A stretch of 32,495 nt of DNA from a bacterium (lineage in GTDB: Bacteria; SAR324; NAC60-12): contig CBDDTI010000422.1 in assembly GCA_965233585.1 (NCBI GenBank), forward strand, positions 1 through 32,495. The letters run 5' to 3'. How positions within the stretch are numbered: the stretch's first letter is position 1; each line of letters begins with the position of its first letter. Of this stretch, positions 1 to 11,300 are shown one piece after another. The notes under the pieces were generated by a model. That model saw only the letters and a program-made list of their open reading frames with translations. It ran no database searches and had not been told where the DNA came from. The translations under genes and the position numbers were made by a program.

Positions 1-910
1 TGTTGTAATGTCGACCCAGGTAGCCCACAGCTTGGCCGATGTTGGCCCTATCTTGGCCTATGTAGTCCCTATCTTGGCCTTAGGTCGGCCCATGTAGCCC
101 ACCCACATCTTGGCCGATGTTGGCCTTCGGCGGCGTCGTCGTCGTTGTTGTTGTTCTTGTTGTTGTCGTTGTCGTCGTTGTTCTTGTTGGTGTTGTTGTT
201 GTTGGTGGTGGTGGTGTTGTTGTTGTTGACCGGTGTTGGCCCTATGTGGGCGCAGGTTTGCCCCTGTCTTGGCCCGAGGTTGTTGTTGTTGTGGTTGTTG
301 TTGTTGTTGTCGTTGTCGTCCTTGTTTTTTGTTGTCGTTGTTGTTGTTGTATTTGGGCGCAGGTTTGCCCCTGTCTTGGCCCTAGGTTGTGGTGGTTGTT
401 GTTGTTGTGGTTGTTGTTGGTGTTGTTGTTGTTGATGTTGTTGTTGTCGTTGTCGTTGTCGTTGTTTTTGTTGTTGTCGTGGTTGTCGTTGTCGTCCTTG
501 TGTTTTGTTGTTGTTGTGGTTGTTGTTGTGGTTGTCGTTGTTGTGCTTGTTGTTTTTGTTGTTGTTGTTGTGCTTGTTGTTGGTCCTAGCATGGCCCATC
601 CTGCCCCTATCTTGGCCTTATGTGGGCCCATGTGGCCCGATGTTGGCCCTATCTTGGCCTTATGTGGGCCCACCTTGGCCGATGTTGGCCCTTGGATGGC
701 GCAGGTTTGCCCCTATCATGGCCCATGTTGGCCCCAGCCTGCCCTTATGTGGGCCCATGTGGCCCCATGTTGGCCCTATCTTGGCCCGATGCGGGCCCAT
801 CTGGCCCACATCTTGGCCGAGGTCGGCCCTATGTCGGCGCAGGCTTGCCCCTATCTTAGCCTTACGTGGACCCATGTAGCCCACATCTAGGCCGATGTTG
901 GCCCTATGTT
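1..910. repeat. Degenerate tandem repeat (units such as GATGTTGGCCCTATCTTGGCCTTATGTGGGCCCA) interrupted by a microsatellite
   Basis: The GTTGGCCCTATCTTGGCC core recurs at about 41, 642 and 768, with variants at 1-125, 234-280, 352-385 and 590-910. Confidence 0.9.
133..582. repeat. (GTT/GTC/GGT)n trinucleotide microsatellite tracts
   Basis: Long imperfect GTT runs. They account for the poly-V, -L, -N, -Q and -T ORFs in the track. Confidence 0.95.
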
Positions 911-1106
911 GACACCAAAGCCGTCAAGATGGCCAGACCCCTTCCTAAGACCCAAAACCATGAAAAACCTATGGTTTTTTAACGTCGCCAAGATGAACTC
1001 CGGCGAAGGCCACGAAACCCTGTAAAAAACGATATTTTTTGAACACCACACGCAAAATACACTGTAAATTACAACGATAATCGTGGACCGGGGGTAAGTA
1101 CGAGGT

Positions 1107-1224
1107 GGTCGGCGGCAGGGGCGGCCAGTGTATATAATCTTCGGTTACCACCGAAGGCCTCCGGCGAGGACACGGGCGCGGGGCCGGCGCCCGGATTTAA
1201 GGGCTGCCGCCCCTGTCGCCGACC
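1107..1224. other. Multi-branched inverted-repeat structure, probably the terminus of a repeat element
   Basis: GGTCGGCGGCAGGGGCGGC (1107-1125) pairs with GCCGCCCCTGTCGCCGACC (1206-1224) at 18/19 plus one G-T. It encloses hairpins CTTCGGT/ACCGAAG (1139-1156) and CGGGCGC/GCGCCCG (1173-1193). Confidence 0.75.
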
Positions 1225-1312
1225 CCGGGCGCCCAAAATTGTGTGGAAGAAGGAGGTCCGTGAAAAAGGGCCGGTCGACGAAAGGTGAGAGATTGAGAGG
1301 CTTTGCAGATTG

Positions 1313-1572
1313 TGTGGCAGCGAGCCGGCCAAGTACCAGCTGCATGGCCGCAGGACATTCGTAACGGCAAAACACCATCGAATGGCGAAGGGCTTACCGG
1401 CACCTCTGAAACCCGAGTAAAATGATTACTCGTCTCTGTTTAAAACGGAGCAAAAGGCACTGAGGCTTCCGTTTTTTGTCCGCATGTTTGCCAGAGCTTG
1501 TGGCCAGTGAGCCGGCCAAGCACAAGCTGCATGGCTTTGTGACGTATCGGCAACGGCGAAACATCACTAATG
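1313..1572 (+). repeat. Diverged ~70-bp direct duplication
   Basis: TGTGGC..GAGCCGGCCAAG..AGCTGCATGGC..AACGGC.AAAC occurs at ~1313-1384 and ~1499-1572. Confidence 0.7.
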
Positions 1573-1647
1573 TCGTGCCGAAAATGATGCGAAGGTATTC
1601 GCAATAGCAAGCTTCCCGGAGTCCGGAGCGGCCCGTTTGAAATCCTA

Positions 1648-1748
1648 CTGTTCTGCTATGCTGCTATGCTGCTGCTGTCCTGCTATGCTGCTATGCTGCT
1701 GCCGTGCTGCCGCTGCTGCCGCGGCAGCAGCAGCCGCTGCTGGCTGCC
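1648..1748. repeat. (TGC)n / TGCTA microsatellite
   Basis: CTGCTATGCTGCTATGCTGCTGCTG... lies directly before the satellite. Confidence 0.85.
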
Positions 1749-1750
1749 CG

Positions 1751-4335
1751 GCCTAACGTTGCTTTCTCAAGGAAAGTGCCCAGCAGGTGGCCAAAGGACA
1801 TGTTGCTGGGCCGCCAAGGGCGCCGGGAAGGGCTTTAAGGGCAGCCTAGGGCGCCGGGAAGGGTTTAAGGCCAGCCTAGTGCCTAACGTTGCTTTCTGAA
1901 ACCAGGAGAAAATCTCAAGGAAAGCGCCCGGTAGGTGGCCAAAGGACATGCTACTGGACCGCCAAGAGCGCCGGGAAGGGCTTTAAGGGCAGCCTAGGGC
2001 GCCGGGAAGGGTTTAAGGCCAGCCTAGTGCCTAAGGTTGCTTTCTGAAACCAGGAGAACATCTCAAGGAAAGCGCCCGGCAGGTGGAAGGACATGCTGCT
2101 GGGCCGCCCAGGGCGCCGGGAAGGGGTTTAAGGGCAGCCTAGGGCGCCGGGAAGGGTTTAAGGCCAGCCTAGTGCCTAACGTAGCTTTCTGAAACCTGGA
2201 GAAAATTTCAAGGAAAGCGCCCGGCAGGTGGCCAAAGGACATGCTGCTGGGCCGCCAAGGGCGCCGGGAAGGGCTTTAAGGGCGGCCTAGGGCGCCGGGA
2301 AGGGTTTAAGGCCAGCCTAGTACCTAACGTTGCTTTCTGAAACCAGGAGAAAATCTCAAGGAAAGCGCCCGGCAGGTGGCCAAAGGACATGCTGCTGGGC
2401 CGCCAAGAGCGCCGGGAAGGGGTTTAAGGGCAGCCTAGGGCGCCGGAAGGGGTTTAAGACCAGCCTAGTGCCTAACGTTGCTTTCCGAAACCAGGAGAAA
2501 ATCTCAAGGAAAGCGCCCGGCAGGTGGCCAAAGGACATGCTGCTGGGCCGCCAAGAGCGCCTGGAAGGGCTTTAAGGGCAGCCTACGGCGCCGGGAAGGG
2601 TTTAAGGCCAGCCTAGTGCCTAACGTTGCTTTCTGAAACCAGGAGAACATCTCAAGGAAAGCGCCCGGCAGGTGGCCAAAGGACATGCTGCTGGGCCGCC
2701 AAGGGCGCCGGGAAGGGGTTGCAGCCTAGGGCGCCGGGAAGGGTTTAAGGCCAGCCTAGTGCCTAACGTTGCTTGAACATCTCAAGGAAAGCGCCCCGCA
2801 AGAGCGCCGGGAAGTGGTTTAAGGGCAGCCTAGGGCGCCGGGAAGGGTTTAAGGCCAGCCTAGTGCCTAACGTTGCTTTCTGAAACCAAGAGAAAGCGCC
2901 CGGCAGGTGGCCAAAGGACATGCTGCTGGGCCGCCAAGGGCGCCGGGAAGGGGTTTAAGGGCAGCCTAGGGCGCCGGGAAGGGTTTAAGGCCAGCCTAGT
3001 ACCTAACGTTGCTTTCTGAAACCAGGAGAAAATCTCAAGGAAAGCGCCCGGCAGGTCCAAAGGACATGCTGCTGGGCCGCCAAGGGCACCGGGAATGGCT
3101 TTAAGGGCAGCCTAGGGCGCCGGGAAGGGTTTAAGGCCAGCCTAGTGCCTAACGGTGCTTTCTGAAACCAGGAGAAAATCTCAAGGAAAGCGCCCGGCAG
3201 GTGGAAGGACATGCTACTGGGCCGCCAAGAGCGCCGGGAAGGGCTTTTAAGGGCAGCCGATGGCGCCGGGAGGGGTTTAAGGCCAGCCTAGTGCCTAACG
3301 TTGCTTTCTGAAACCAGGAGAACATCTCAAGGAAAGCGCTCGGCAGGTGGCCAAAGGACATGCTGCTGGGCCGCCAAGGGCGCCGGGAAGGGCTTTAAGG
3401 GCAGCTTAGGGCGCCGGGAAGGGTTTAAGGCCAGCCTAGTGCCTAACGTGGCTTTCTGAAACCAGGAGAACATCTCAAGGAAAGCGCCCGGCAGGTGGCC
3501 AAAGGACATGCTGCTGGGCCGCCAAGGGCGCCGGGAAGGGTTTAAGGGCAGCCTAGGGCGCCGGGAAGGGTTTAAGGCCAGCCTAGTGCCTAACGTTGCT
3601 TTCTGAAACCAGGAGAAAATCTCAAGGAAAGCGCCCGGCAGGTGGCCAAAGGACATGCTGCTGGGCCGCCAAGAGCGCCGGGAAGGGCTTTAAGGGCAGC
3701 CTAGGGCGCCGGGAAGGGTTTAAGGCCAGCCTAGTGCCTAATGTTGCTTTCTGAAAGCAGGAGAACATCTCAAGGAAAGCGCCCGGCAGGTTGCCAAAGG
3801 ACATGCTGCTGGGCCGCCAAGAGCGCCGGGAAGGGGTTTAAGGGCAGCCTAGGGCGCCGGGAAGGGTTTAAGGCCAGCCTAGTGCCTAACGTTGCTTTCT
3901 GAAAGCAGGAGAACATCTCAAGGAAAGCGCCCGGCAGGTGGCCAAAGGACATGCTGCTGGGCCGCCAAGGGCGCGGGAAGGGATTTAAGGGCAGCCTAGG
4001 GCGCCGGAAGGGGTTTAAGGCCAGCCTAGTGCCTAACGTTGCTTTCTGAAACCAGCAGAACATCTCAAGGAAAGCGCCCGGCAGGTGGCCAAAGGACATG
4101 CTGCTGGGCCGCCACAGGCGCCGGGAAAGGGGTTTAAGGGCAGCCTAGGGCGCCGGGACAGGTTTAAGGCCAGCCTAGCCCCCAGCAGGTGGCCAGAAGA
4201 AAATGTCAAGGAAAGCGCCCGGCAGGTGGCCAAAGAACATGCTGCTGAAAGGCCAAAGAATATGCTGCTGAAAGGCCAAGGGAAAGCATCCGGCAGATGG
4301 CTATAGGACATGCTGCTGGGCCGCCAAAGGCGCCG
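1751..4335 (+). repeat. GC-rich tandem satellite, 148-bp unit, about 17-18 copies, with an internal ~28-bp subrepeat
   Basis: CAAGGAAAG(C/T)GCCC recurs at 1768, 1916, 2063, 2209, 2357, 2505, 2653 and onward to ~4207, mostly 146-148 bp apart. Each unit contains GGGCGCCGGGAAGGG(C/G)TTTAAGG twice. Units around 2720-2900 carry deletions. Confidence 0.97.
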
Positions 4336-4439
4336 CAAAGCCACTTTTCCTCGGGCGCGCTCCCCCTGCAGATGGCTGGGGTCGGCGGATTTTCAGAAAC
4401 AGGAAAATAAGGGAAAAAACGAAAAAAAAAGATACCCAT

Positions 4440-5260
4440 GAAATTCGAAACCCTAAAATCAAAATAAGAAAAAATGAAATTATTTTATTGTTATTTTATT
4501 TCCCTATTATTAAAATATCTCTAAATAAAAATTATTATAAATTATTTAATGTCGGAAATATTTAAATTATTAAGTTATTTTATTTAATATATAATTTAGC
4601 AATAAATATTGTTAATAATTATTCGGATAATTATTATTAAAATACGATTTTTAAATTTAAAAATTTTAATTTAATTTAATTATTAATAATAATATTATAA
4701 ATATTATATTTTAATTAAATTCTATATTTAAAAAAAAAATAATTATAATATATTTAATTTAATTATAAATATATAATTTAGATTATATTAATTATTAATA
4801 TATAATAATATAAAAATATTTTATATATAAATTATAAAAATTAAAATATTTTTTTTATTTGAAAAATATATTAGGATAATATTAATAAATACATAATTTT
4901 TTTGGAATAAATTAATATATTAAATAATTTTAATGAATAAAATACATATTTAATATTTTGGATAAAATAATTATTTTATTATATTATAATTTAGATGTTT
5001 TAATTGGATTTAAAATTCTATTTTATATTTCTTATTTTATATTTTACATTTTACATTTTATATTTTATACATTATATTACACTATTCGCATTCTATACAT
5101 CCTATTATACTTCGGACTGCTTTCTTTATACCCTACACTTCTTACTGTATTCTTCCCACTCCATACTTTATCTTATTTGAATTCTTCTTACCTTATCCTA
5201 GCTATCTTTTTACTTTATTTTTTATTATAATAATTTTTTTAAATTATTTCTTAATATTGT
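4440..5260. other. Extremely AT-rich, non-periodic tract (probably hypermutated repeat DNA)
   Basis: Hundreds of bases are almost only A/T with no simple periodicity. Several of the surviving G/C bases lie in CG dinucleotides (GTCGG, TTCGG, TACGA). Confidence 0.75.
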
Positions 5261-5629
5261 TACTAAGGAATTTAAATGCGCCGTGCGTTAGCCAGGCTAG
5301 TGCGTGTTATTGCAATATTATTATCCAAAAAAATAACCCGTATATGATCCCGTTCAATGCAATATTAATTATTTTTTTTCTATTTCATATTGTATTCTCC
5401 TTATCCCACGTTCCATATTTTATATTTGCATTTCATTTTATCTGAGTTCTTCTTATCTTATTTCATATCTTCCCATATGTTAGCTAAGTTCTTCTTGACT
5501 ATTTTCATGCCATTTGAGTGCAGCTTAATCTTTCTTATCTCTTCGAAATTAGTCTTAATTTATCTCGATTTTTTTATACATTAGAAAATTTGAGATATAG
5601 AAATATTTATATAAAAAATGTTTTATAAA

Positions 5630-6585
5630 ATATTTTGTACTACGAAGTTTGTACAAAGCAGGTCCCAATATTATTTTGTATTATAAAGCTTGTACAAAGT
5701 ACGTTCTAATATTACTTCGTATTACAAAATATGTATAAAACACCTCCCAATACTACTTTATATTATAAAGTTTGCACAAAATACTTCACAATTGTATTTT
5801 GTAGTACAATGCTTGCATAAAGCAATCCCAATATTATTTTATATTACAAGACATCCCAGTATTACTTTGTTCTACAAAACTTGCACAAATTAGCTAGTAC
5901 CTATAAAATATAAAGCTTGTATAAATCACTTCCCAATATTACTTTATACTACAAAGCTTGTACAAAACACTTCCCAATATTATATTATATTACAAAATTT
6001 ACAAAAAAATATTTCCCAATACTTCTGAATTTAACAAAACTTGTACAAAATACTTCACAATACTATTTTCTATTACATTATTTAAACAAAGCATTGAACA
6101 TACTACTTGGTACCCCAAGATATCCCAATATTATTTTATATTATAAAGCTAGTACAAAGTACATTCCAATATTATTTTGTAGTTAACATTTACGCAAAAT
6201 CCTTTCCAATATTATTTTATATTACAAAATTTGTACAAAGCACTTTCCAATACTACTTTATATTACAAAGCTTGCACAAATACTTCCCAATACTACTATA
6301 TATTATAAAATTTACAAAAAAAATCCCAATATTTATGTATTTTACAAAATTTCTACAAAATATTTCACAATATTATTTTATATTATATTATTTATACAAA
6401 TAATTCCCAATATTATTTTGTACCCCAAGATATCCCAATGCTATTTTATATTACAAAATTTACACAAAATATATTCCAATATTATTTTGTATTTCAATAT
6501 GTACACAAAATCCTTCCCAATATTACTTTGTACTACAAGATATCCCAATACTATTTTGTATTACAAAATTTACACAAAACACTAC
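5630..6585 (+). repeat. Degenerate ~40-bp tandem repeat (consensus close to TACTACAAAGCTTGCACAAAGCACTTCCCA(G/A)TACTACTTTG), eroded by C>T and G>A changes
   Basis: Units such as TATTACAAAGCTTGCACAAATACTTCCCAATACTACT (6262) and TACTACAAAGCTTGTACAAAACACTTCCCAATATT (5947) differ mainly by transitions toward A/T. Confidence 0.9.
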
Positions 6586-6779
6586 AATATACACAACAAA
6601 ATTTTACCCACAATAAATATTTATATACAGATCACTTTTACACAATACTTTTACACATGACAATCATTTACACACACAGAAATTTTTATACAGAAACATT
6701 TTTGCACACAGAGAAGATTTTACTCATAGCAAATGTTTATACATATTTTTTTTATATGTAATAATTTCTTAAAACATAT

Positions 6780-7960
6780 TTTTTAAACACAAAGATTTTT
6801 TTTGTACATAATTATAACAGGAATTGTAGTTCCAAAACCGGATCTCGGTACCAAAGAGAAAAAAATAAAATATTTTTTAGAAAAAAAATTGAAATGAAAA
6901 TTATTAGTGCCAAAATTGCGACAATCTGGTGATAAATCACTGTCGCAGCCTGGATGCAGCCACTCCAATACGATTTAAGAGATCCAGCTGTACAAAATTA
7001 TAGTATTACGCATGCAACCGCGGCACCAAGTAACCTTGACACAGCCATTACAATGCGATCTGCACAGGCTGAATTGCAAAATGCAAAAGAATTACGCGCA
7101 ACGGCTTCGGAAATTGTAACTCCACAGACGGATCTCGACACCACAACAAGGAAAAAAATAATTTTGAAATATTTTTTTAATATTTTTATAAGGAAAATTA
7201 CTAACGCCAACGCCAAAATTGAGAAAATCTGCTGACAAATCAATATCGCAACCTTGATGCAACCATTCCAATAACATTTACGATGTCCAATTGCAAAAAA
7301 GAAAAATATTATGCATGTAACCGCGGTGCCAACCAATCTTGACGTAACCATTGCAATATATTTTGCAAATCATGTCGTAAATCTGCACATATTTACATAT
7401 GTGACAACAGCAGATCACGACAATTATATAGTCATTCCAATGCAATCTGCAATTACAGCTTCCAAAATATCCTTTAACTACGCACGCAGAAATACACCCA
7501 AAGCAACTTGAAGCCACCATTATAATGCGACAAAGAAAAAAGGTAAACCGACCGCAGCCGCAACCGCCACATACAGGAGATACCTTTCTTCGTCGGCTGC
7601 AGCCACTTTACACGGAAAAATACAAGGTTTCGTATTCCGATTTCCTTCCCAACGCAAGCCCCATGCAAGATTCATGTAATCATTACAATGTATTTCGCAG
7701 TATTACGTTGCAAACCTGCTCATATCTATGTATATGACAAGACCAGATGACAAGAATTATATAATTATTCCAATACGATCTGTAATCACAAATTCCAAAA
7801 TATCCTATAACTACGCACGGATAATCACACCTAAAACAACTTAAAACTACCATTATAATAAGATAAAGAAAAAAGGTAAACCGACCGCAACCGCAAATAC
7901 CGCTCACAGGCAATGCCTTTCTTCGCCGGCCACAGCCACTTTACACAAAAAAATACAAAA
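6780..7960 (+). repeat. Composite interspersed repeat with two internal duplications of ~300 bp
   Basis: 6815-7060 resembles 7110-7355 (GAATTGTA..TCCA...GGATCTCG.../...CCGCGG). 7360-7630 resembles 7700-7960 (AAAAAAGGTAAACCGACCGCA...CAGCCACTTTACAC). Confidence 0.8.
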
Positions 7961-8279
7961 TATATCTAAGAAAAAAATCTAAAATTAATTATAAAATAAT
8001 ATATATAAAATAATATATATAAAATATAAAAATATATAATATAATTTTATTTATATATATAATTATAATTATTTTGAAATAACTATAATTAAAATAGCAT
8101 TTTATTAATTAATAGATTATATATATAAACAAATATTTTTTGTTTCCAATAATTAAATTTCAATTTAAATATAATTAAACATATATAAATTAAATTTATA
8201 AATATTTCAATTATTATTTATATATATTTAATATTTTTCCTATCTCTTACGTAAGGGTTATTAGATTTTCTCAGAATTA

Positions 8280-8420
8280 TCTCCTTTTCCTTTTCCTTCT
8301 CCTCCTCCTGTTTCTCCTTCTCCTCCTCATCCTTTTCCTCCACCACCTCTGCCTCCACTTCCATGTCCACTTCCGTCTTGCCAATTCTTCGCCAAGCTCT
8401 TCGCCAAGCTCTTCGCCAAC
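8280..8420. repeat. CT-rich tract followed by three copies of TCTTCGCCAA(GC)
   Basis: (CTC/TTC)n run at 8280-8345 and a 12-bp tandem at 8386-8419. Confidence 0.8.
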
Positions 8421-8476
8421 TTCTGCACGCAGTGGCCACTGCTGGACCTCAATTGCAAGGATTTGACCGCATTGGA

Positions 8477-8686
8477 CACCGCCGGACCTCAACCTGGGAC
8501 CTTCCGAGCTCAGTGAGCACCGCTGGACTTCAACCTGGGACCTTCCGAGCTCAGTGAGCACCGCTGGACCTCAACCTGGGACCATCCGAACTCAATGAGT
8601 ACCGCTGGACCTCAACCTGGGAGCCGCCAAACTCAGTGAGCACCACCTGGGACCTTCCGAGCTCAATGAGCACCGCTGGTCCTCAA
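8477..8686 (+). repeat. 41-bp tandem repeat CACCGCTGGACCTCAACCTGGGACCTTCCGAGCTCAGTGAG, about 5 copies
   Basis: Copies start at 8477, 8518, 8559 and 8600, followed by truncated copies. Confidence 0.92.
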
Positions 8687-8687
8687 C

Positions 8688-9190
8688 GGCCAGATAAAAT
8701 ATCAGAAAATATATTAGATAAAATACCAGATAATATGTCAGATAAAATACCAGAAAATATGTCAGTCAGATAAAATATTAAAAAATATGTCAAATAACAT
8801 ATTTAAAAATATACCAAATAGAATATCAGATAATATGCTAGATAAAGTGCCAAAATAATTGCCAAATAGAACATCAAAAAATTTACCAAATAAAATTTCA
8901 AATAAAATATCAAAATATATACAAAATAGAATGCCAAAAGGTATGCCAGATAAAATGTCAGATAGAATGTCAGAAATTTACCAAATAAAATATCAAAAGA
9001 ATTACCAAATAAAATATCAAAACAATTACCAAATAGAAAATCAGAAAATATACCAAATAAAATACCACATAAAATATCAAAAGATATACCAAAAAATATA
9101 CAAAAAAATATGCCAAAAAATACGTCAAATAGGAAACCAAATTAAATATCAAAAAATATAACAAATAAAATATCAAAAAAAAATCCAATA
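8688..9190 (+). repeat. ~12-bp tandem repeat (GCCAGATAGAAT-like), progressively eroded by G>A
   Basis: ATGCCAGATAAAATGTCAGATAGAATGTCAGA (8943) degrades to ACCAAATAAAATATCAAAA (8980-9180). Confidence 0.85.
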
Positions 9191-9998
9191 ATAAATCAAT
9201 AAATATTATAATAGGAATAATATAAAATGAAATAATTTAAATATTCCTATAATATATAAAAATACAACAATATATTAATATATATATTAATTATAATAAA
9301 AATACATATTCCAAATATTTTTAAAATTATTCGAATTAATTTATATTAATATAAAAATTATAATATGTCATAAATTTTAAATTTTAAAAATATAAAATAT
9401 ACTAATTATAAATTATATTTAGGTTTATCAAATTTAAAAATTAACAAACATAGCGCAGAAATATAATTTATTTACTCAGAATATAAAATGTATTTAATTG
9501 TATTCATATTATTTCATTCCTGTCCGCAAAAAATCGTTTTTTTCCTATCAACAAGACCGTTAAATATTACCCATTTTAAATATCTTACACGCTCTTGTGC
9601 TATAATTTGTCCTTTTCCCTCCGTAAATACTAAATCATTAATCCCTCGCTATTATTATTGCTAGTAACATTCTTCATTTCCAGCGGGATTTCAACCAACC
9701 ATTTCTTGGCCTTAATACCTTGCCCTATTTTTTTTTAAAACTCAAAACACAAAAATTATAAACATAAATCACCCTAAAAATTTCTCGTCATCGATCAGAA
9801 TCACAGATTCACACATTCATGGTGGCACTACTTCCATTTTGATTTTCAATAAAAAAATTATTCTATGCCAACCCATACCGAAAAAACACCAAAAATATCA
9901 AAAATATTAATTTTTGTAAAAATTCCTTATATTATATAATTTTTTAATGAAAATTTAATTTAAATCAAAATTACAAAATATATAATTAATATTTAAAT

Positions 9999-10287
9999 AT
10001 GATAAGTCTGATGAGGCTAATAAGGTTAATGAGGCTAATAAGGCTAGTAAAGCTGATGAGGGGGATGAGGTTGATGGGGCTGATGAGGCTAATGAGGCGA
10101 ATGACACTGATGACGCTGATGATAATAACGCTGATGATGATAATGCTGATAATGATAACGTTGATGATGATAACGCTGATGACGCTGATGAGGCTGGTGA
10201 GGCTGATGAGCCTGCTGATGCTGATGATGATGGTGGTGGTGGTGGTGATGATGAGAAGGAGGAGCAGGAGGAGCAGGAGGAGCAGGA
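9999..10287 (+). repeat. GATGAGGCT / (GAT)n / (GGT)n / GGAGCAGGA microsatellite block
   Basis: 9-bp and 3-bp tandem units. They account for the poly-M, -S and -H ORFs in the track. Confidence 0.9.
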
Positions 10288-10544
10288 AAAATATTTGAAG
10301 GTATGCCGCATGTTCGAAACAAACCCATCTGAAAATCTTGGGGATTCTTCAACATATAAGTTTACACACGCATACCACACTTCGGCCCTGGGTTTCGCTA
10401 CTACTCACAGCCACGAGTGAGTATAACCAAAGCCTGGTATTCGGGGATTGGCAATAAGTAAGTTTTCGTTGGTTCGGGCACCTGCCTCTATCTGTGTTAT
10501 GGCACGCGTCCAATGTTGTCCTCGATGTTGTAAGTGATGTTGTG

Positions 10545-11078
10545 AATTTCTCGTTTTTTTTTCTCACATAAATTTTCATGTTGTAAATTTGGCGTTTTTT
10601 TTCTCACGTAAATTTTGATGTTTTAAATTTGGCGTTTTTTTTCTCACGTAAATTTTGATGTTTTAAATTTGGCGTTTTTTTCTCACGTAAATTTTGATGT
10701 TGTAAATTTGTCGTTTTTTTTCTCACGTAAATTTTGATGTTGTAAATTTGGCGTTTTTTTCTCACGTAAATTTTGATGTTATAAATTTGGCCTTTTTTTC
10801 TCACATAAATTTTGATGTTGTAAATTTGGCCTTTTTTTCCTCACGTAAATTTTGATGTTTTAAATTTGGTGTTTTTTCCCTCACGCAAATTTTGATGTTG
10901 TAAATTTGGCGTTTTTTTCTCATGTAAATATTGATATTGTAAATTTTGCATATTTTTTCTCACGATTTCTCACGTAAATTTTAATGTTGTAAATTTGGCG
11001 TTTTTTTTCCTCACGTAAATTTCGTTGTAAATTTGGTGTTTTTTTCCCGACGTAAATTTTGATGTTGTAAATTTGGCA
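10545..11078 (-). repeat. Left subterminal array, ~40-bp unit, about 13 copies
   Basis: Tandem TTTTTTTCTCACGTAAATTTTGATGTTGTAAATTTGGCG. Confidence 0.95.
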
Positions 11079-11300
11079 TTTTTGATTCATTCTGATTATG
11101 AAGTTTTGATTCATTATTCTGATAAGTGATAAATTAAGTTAAAGTATCTGTTTTTGTCAGCCCACCAGTTAAAAGGTTATTAAGTTATCAATAAATTATC
11201 CATATCAATGATGATAAATTTACATATTTAAACATTAAAATCAAGTTAAGTTCAAAAAATATAGAAAAATACTTTTAAAAACATTGTAAAATTTCCGGTA

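Noticed and set aside
69..890. Long ORFs (176, 257 and 143 aa) rich in V, L, N, Q and T
   Set aside because: They are by-products of the (GTT)n microsatellite and tandem repeat, which are open in most frames.
1767..4344. Repeated 60-109 aa ORFs (MSFGHLPGAFLE...)
   Set aside because: The 148-bp satellite unit is not a multiple of 3, and indels shift the frames freely.
4440..6800. AT-rich tract as an organellar insertion or membrane-protein genes
   Set aside because: No recognisable mitochondrial or plastid protein or RNA motifs. The I/L/F/Y-rich ORFs reflect base composition, and eroded tandem repeats are visible.
9955..10380. Poly-Ser, poly-His and poly-Met ORFs
   Set aside because: They are translations of the GAT/GGT microsatellite.
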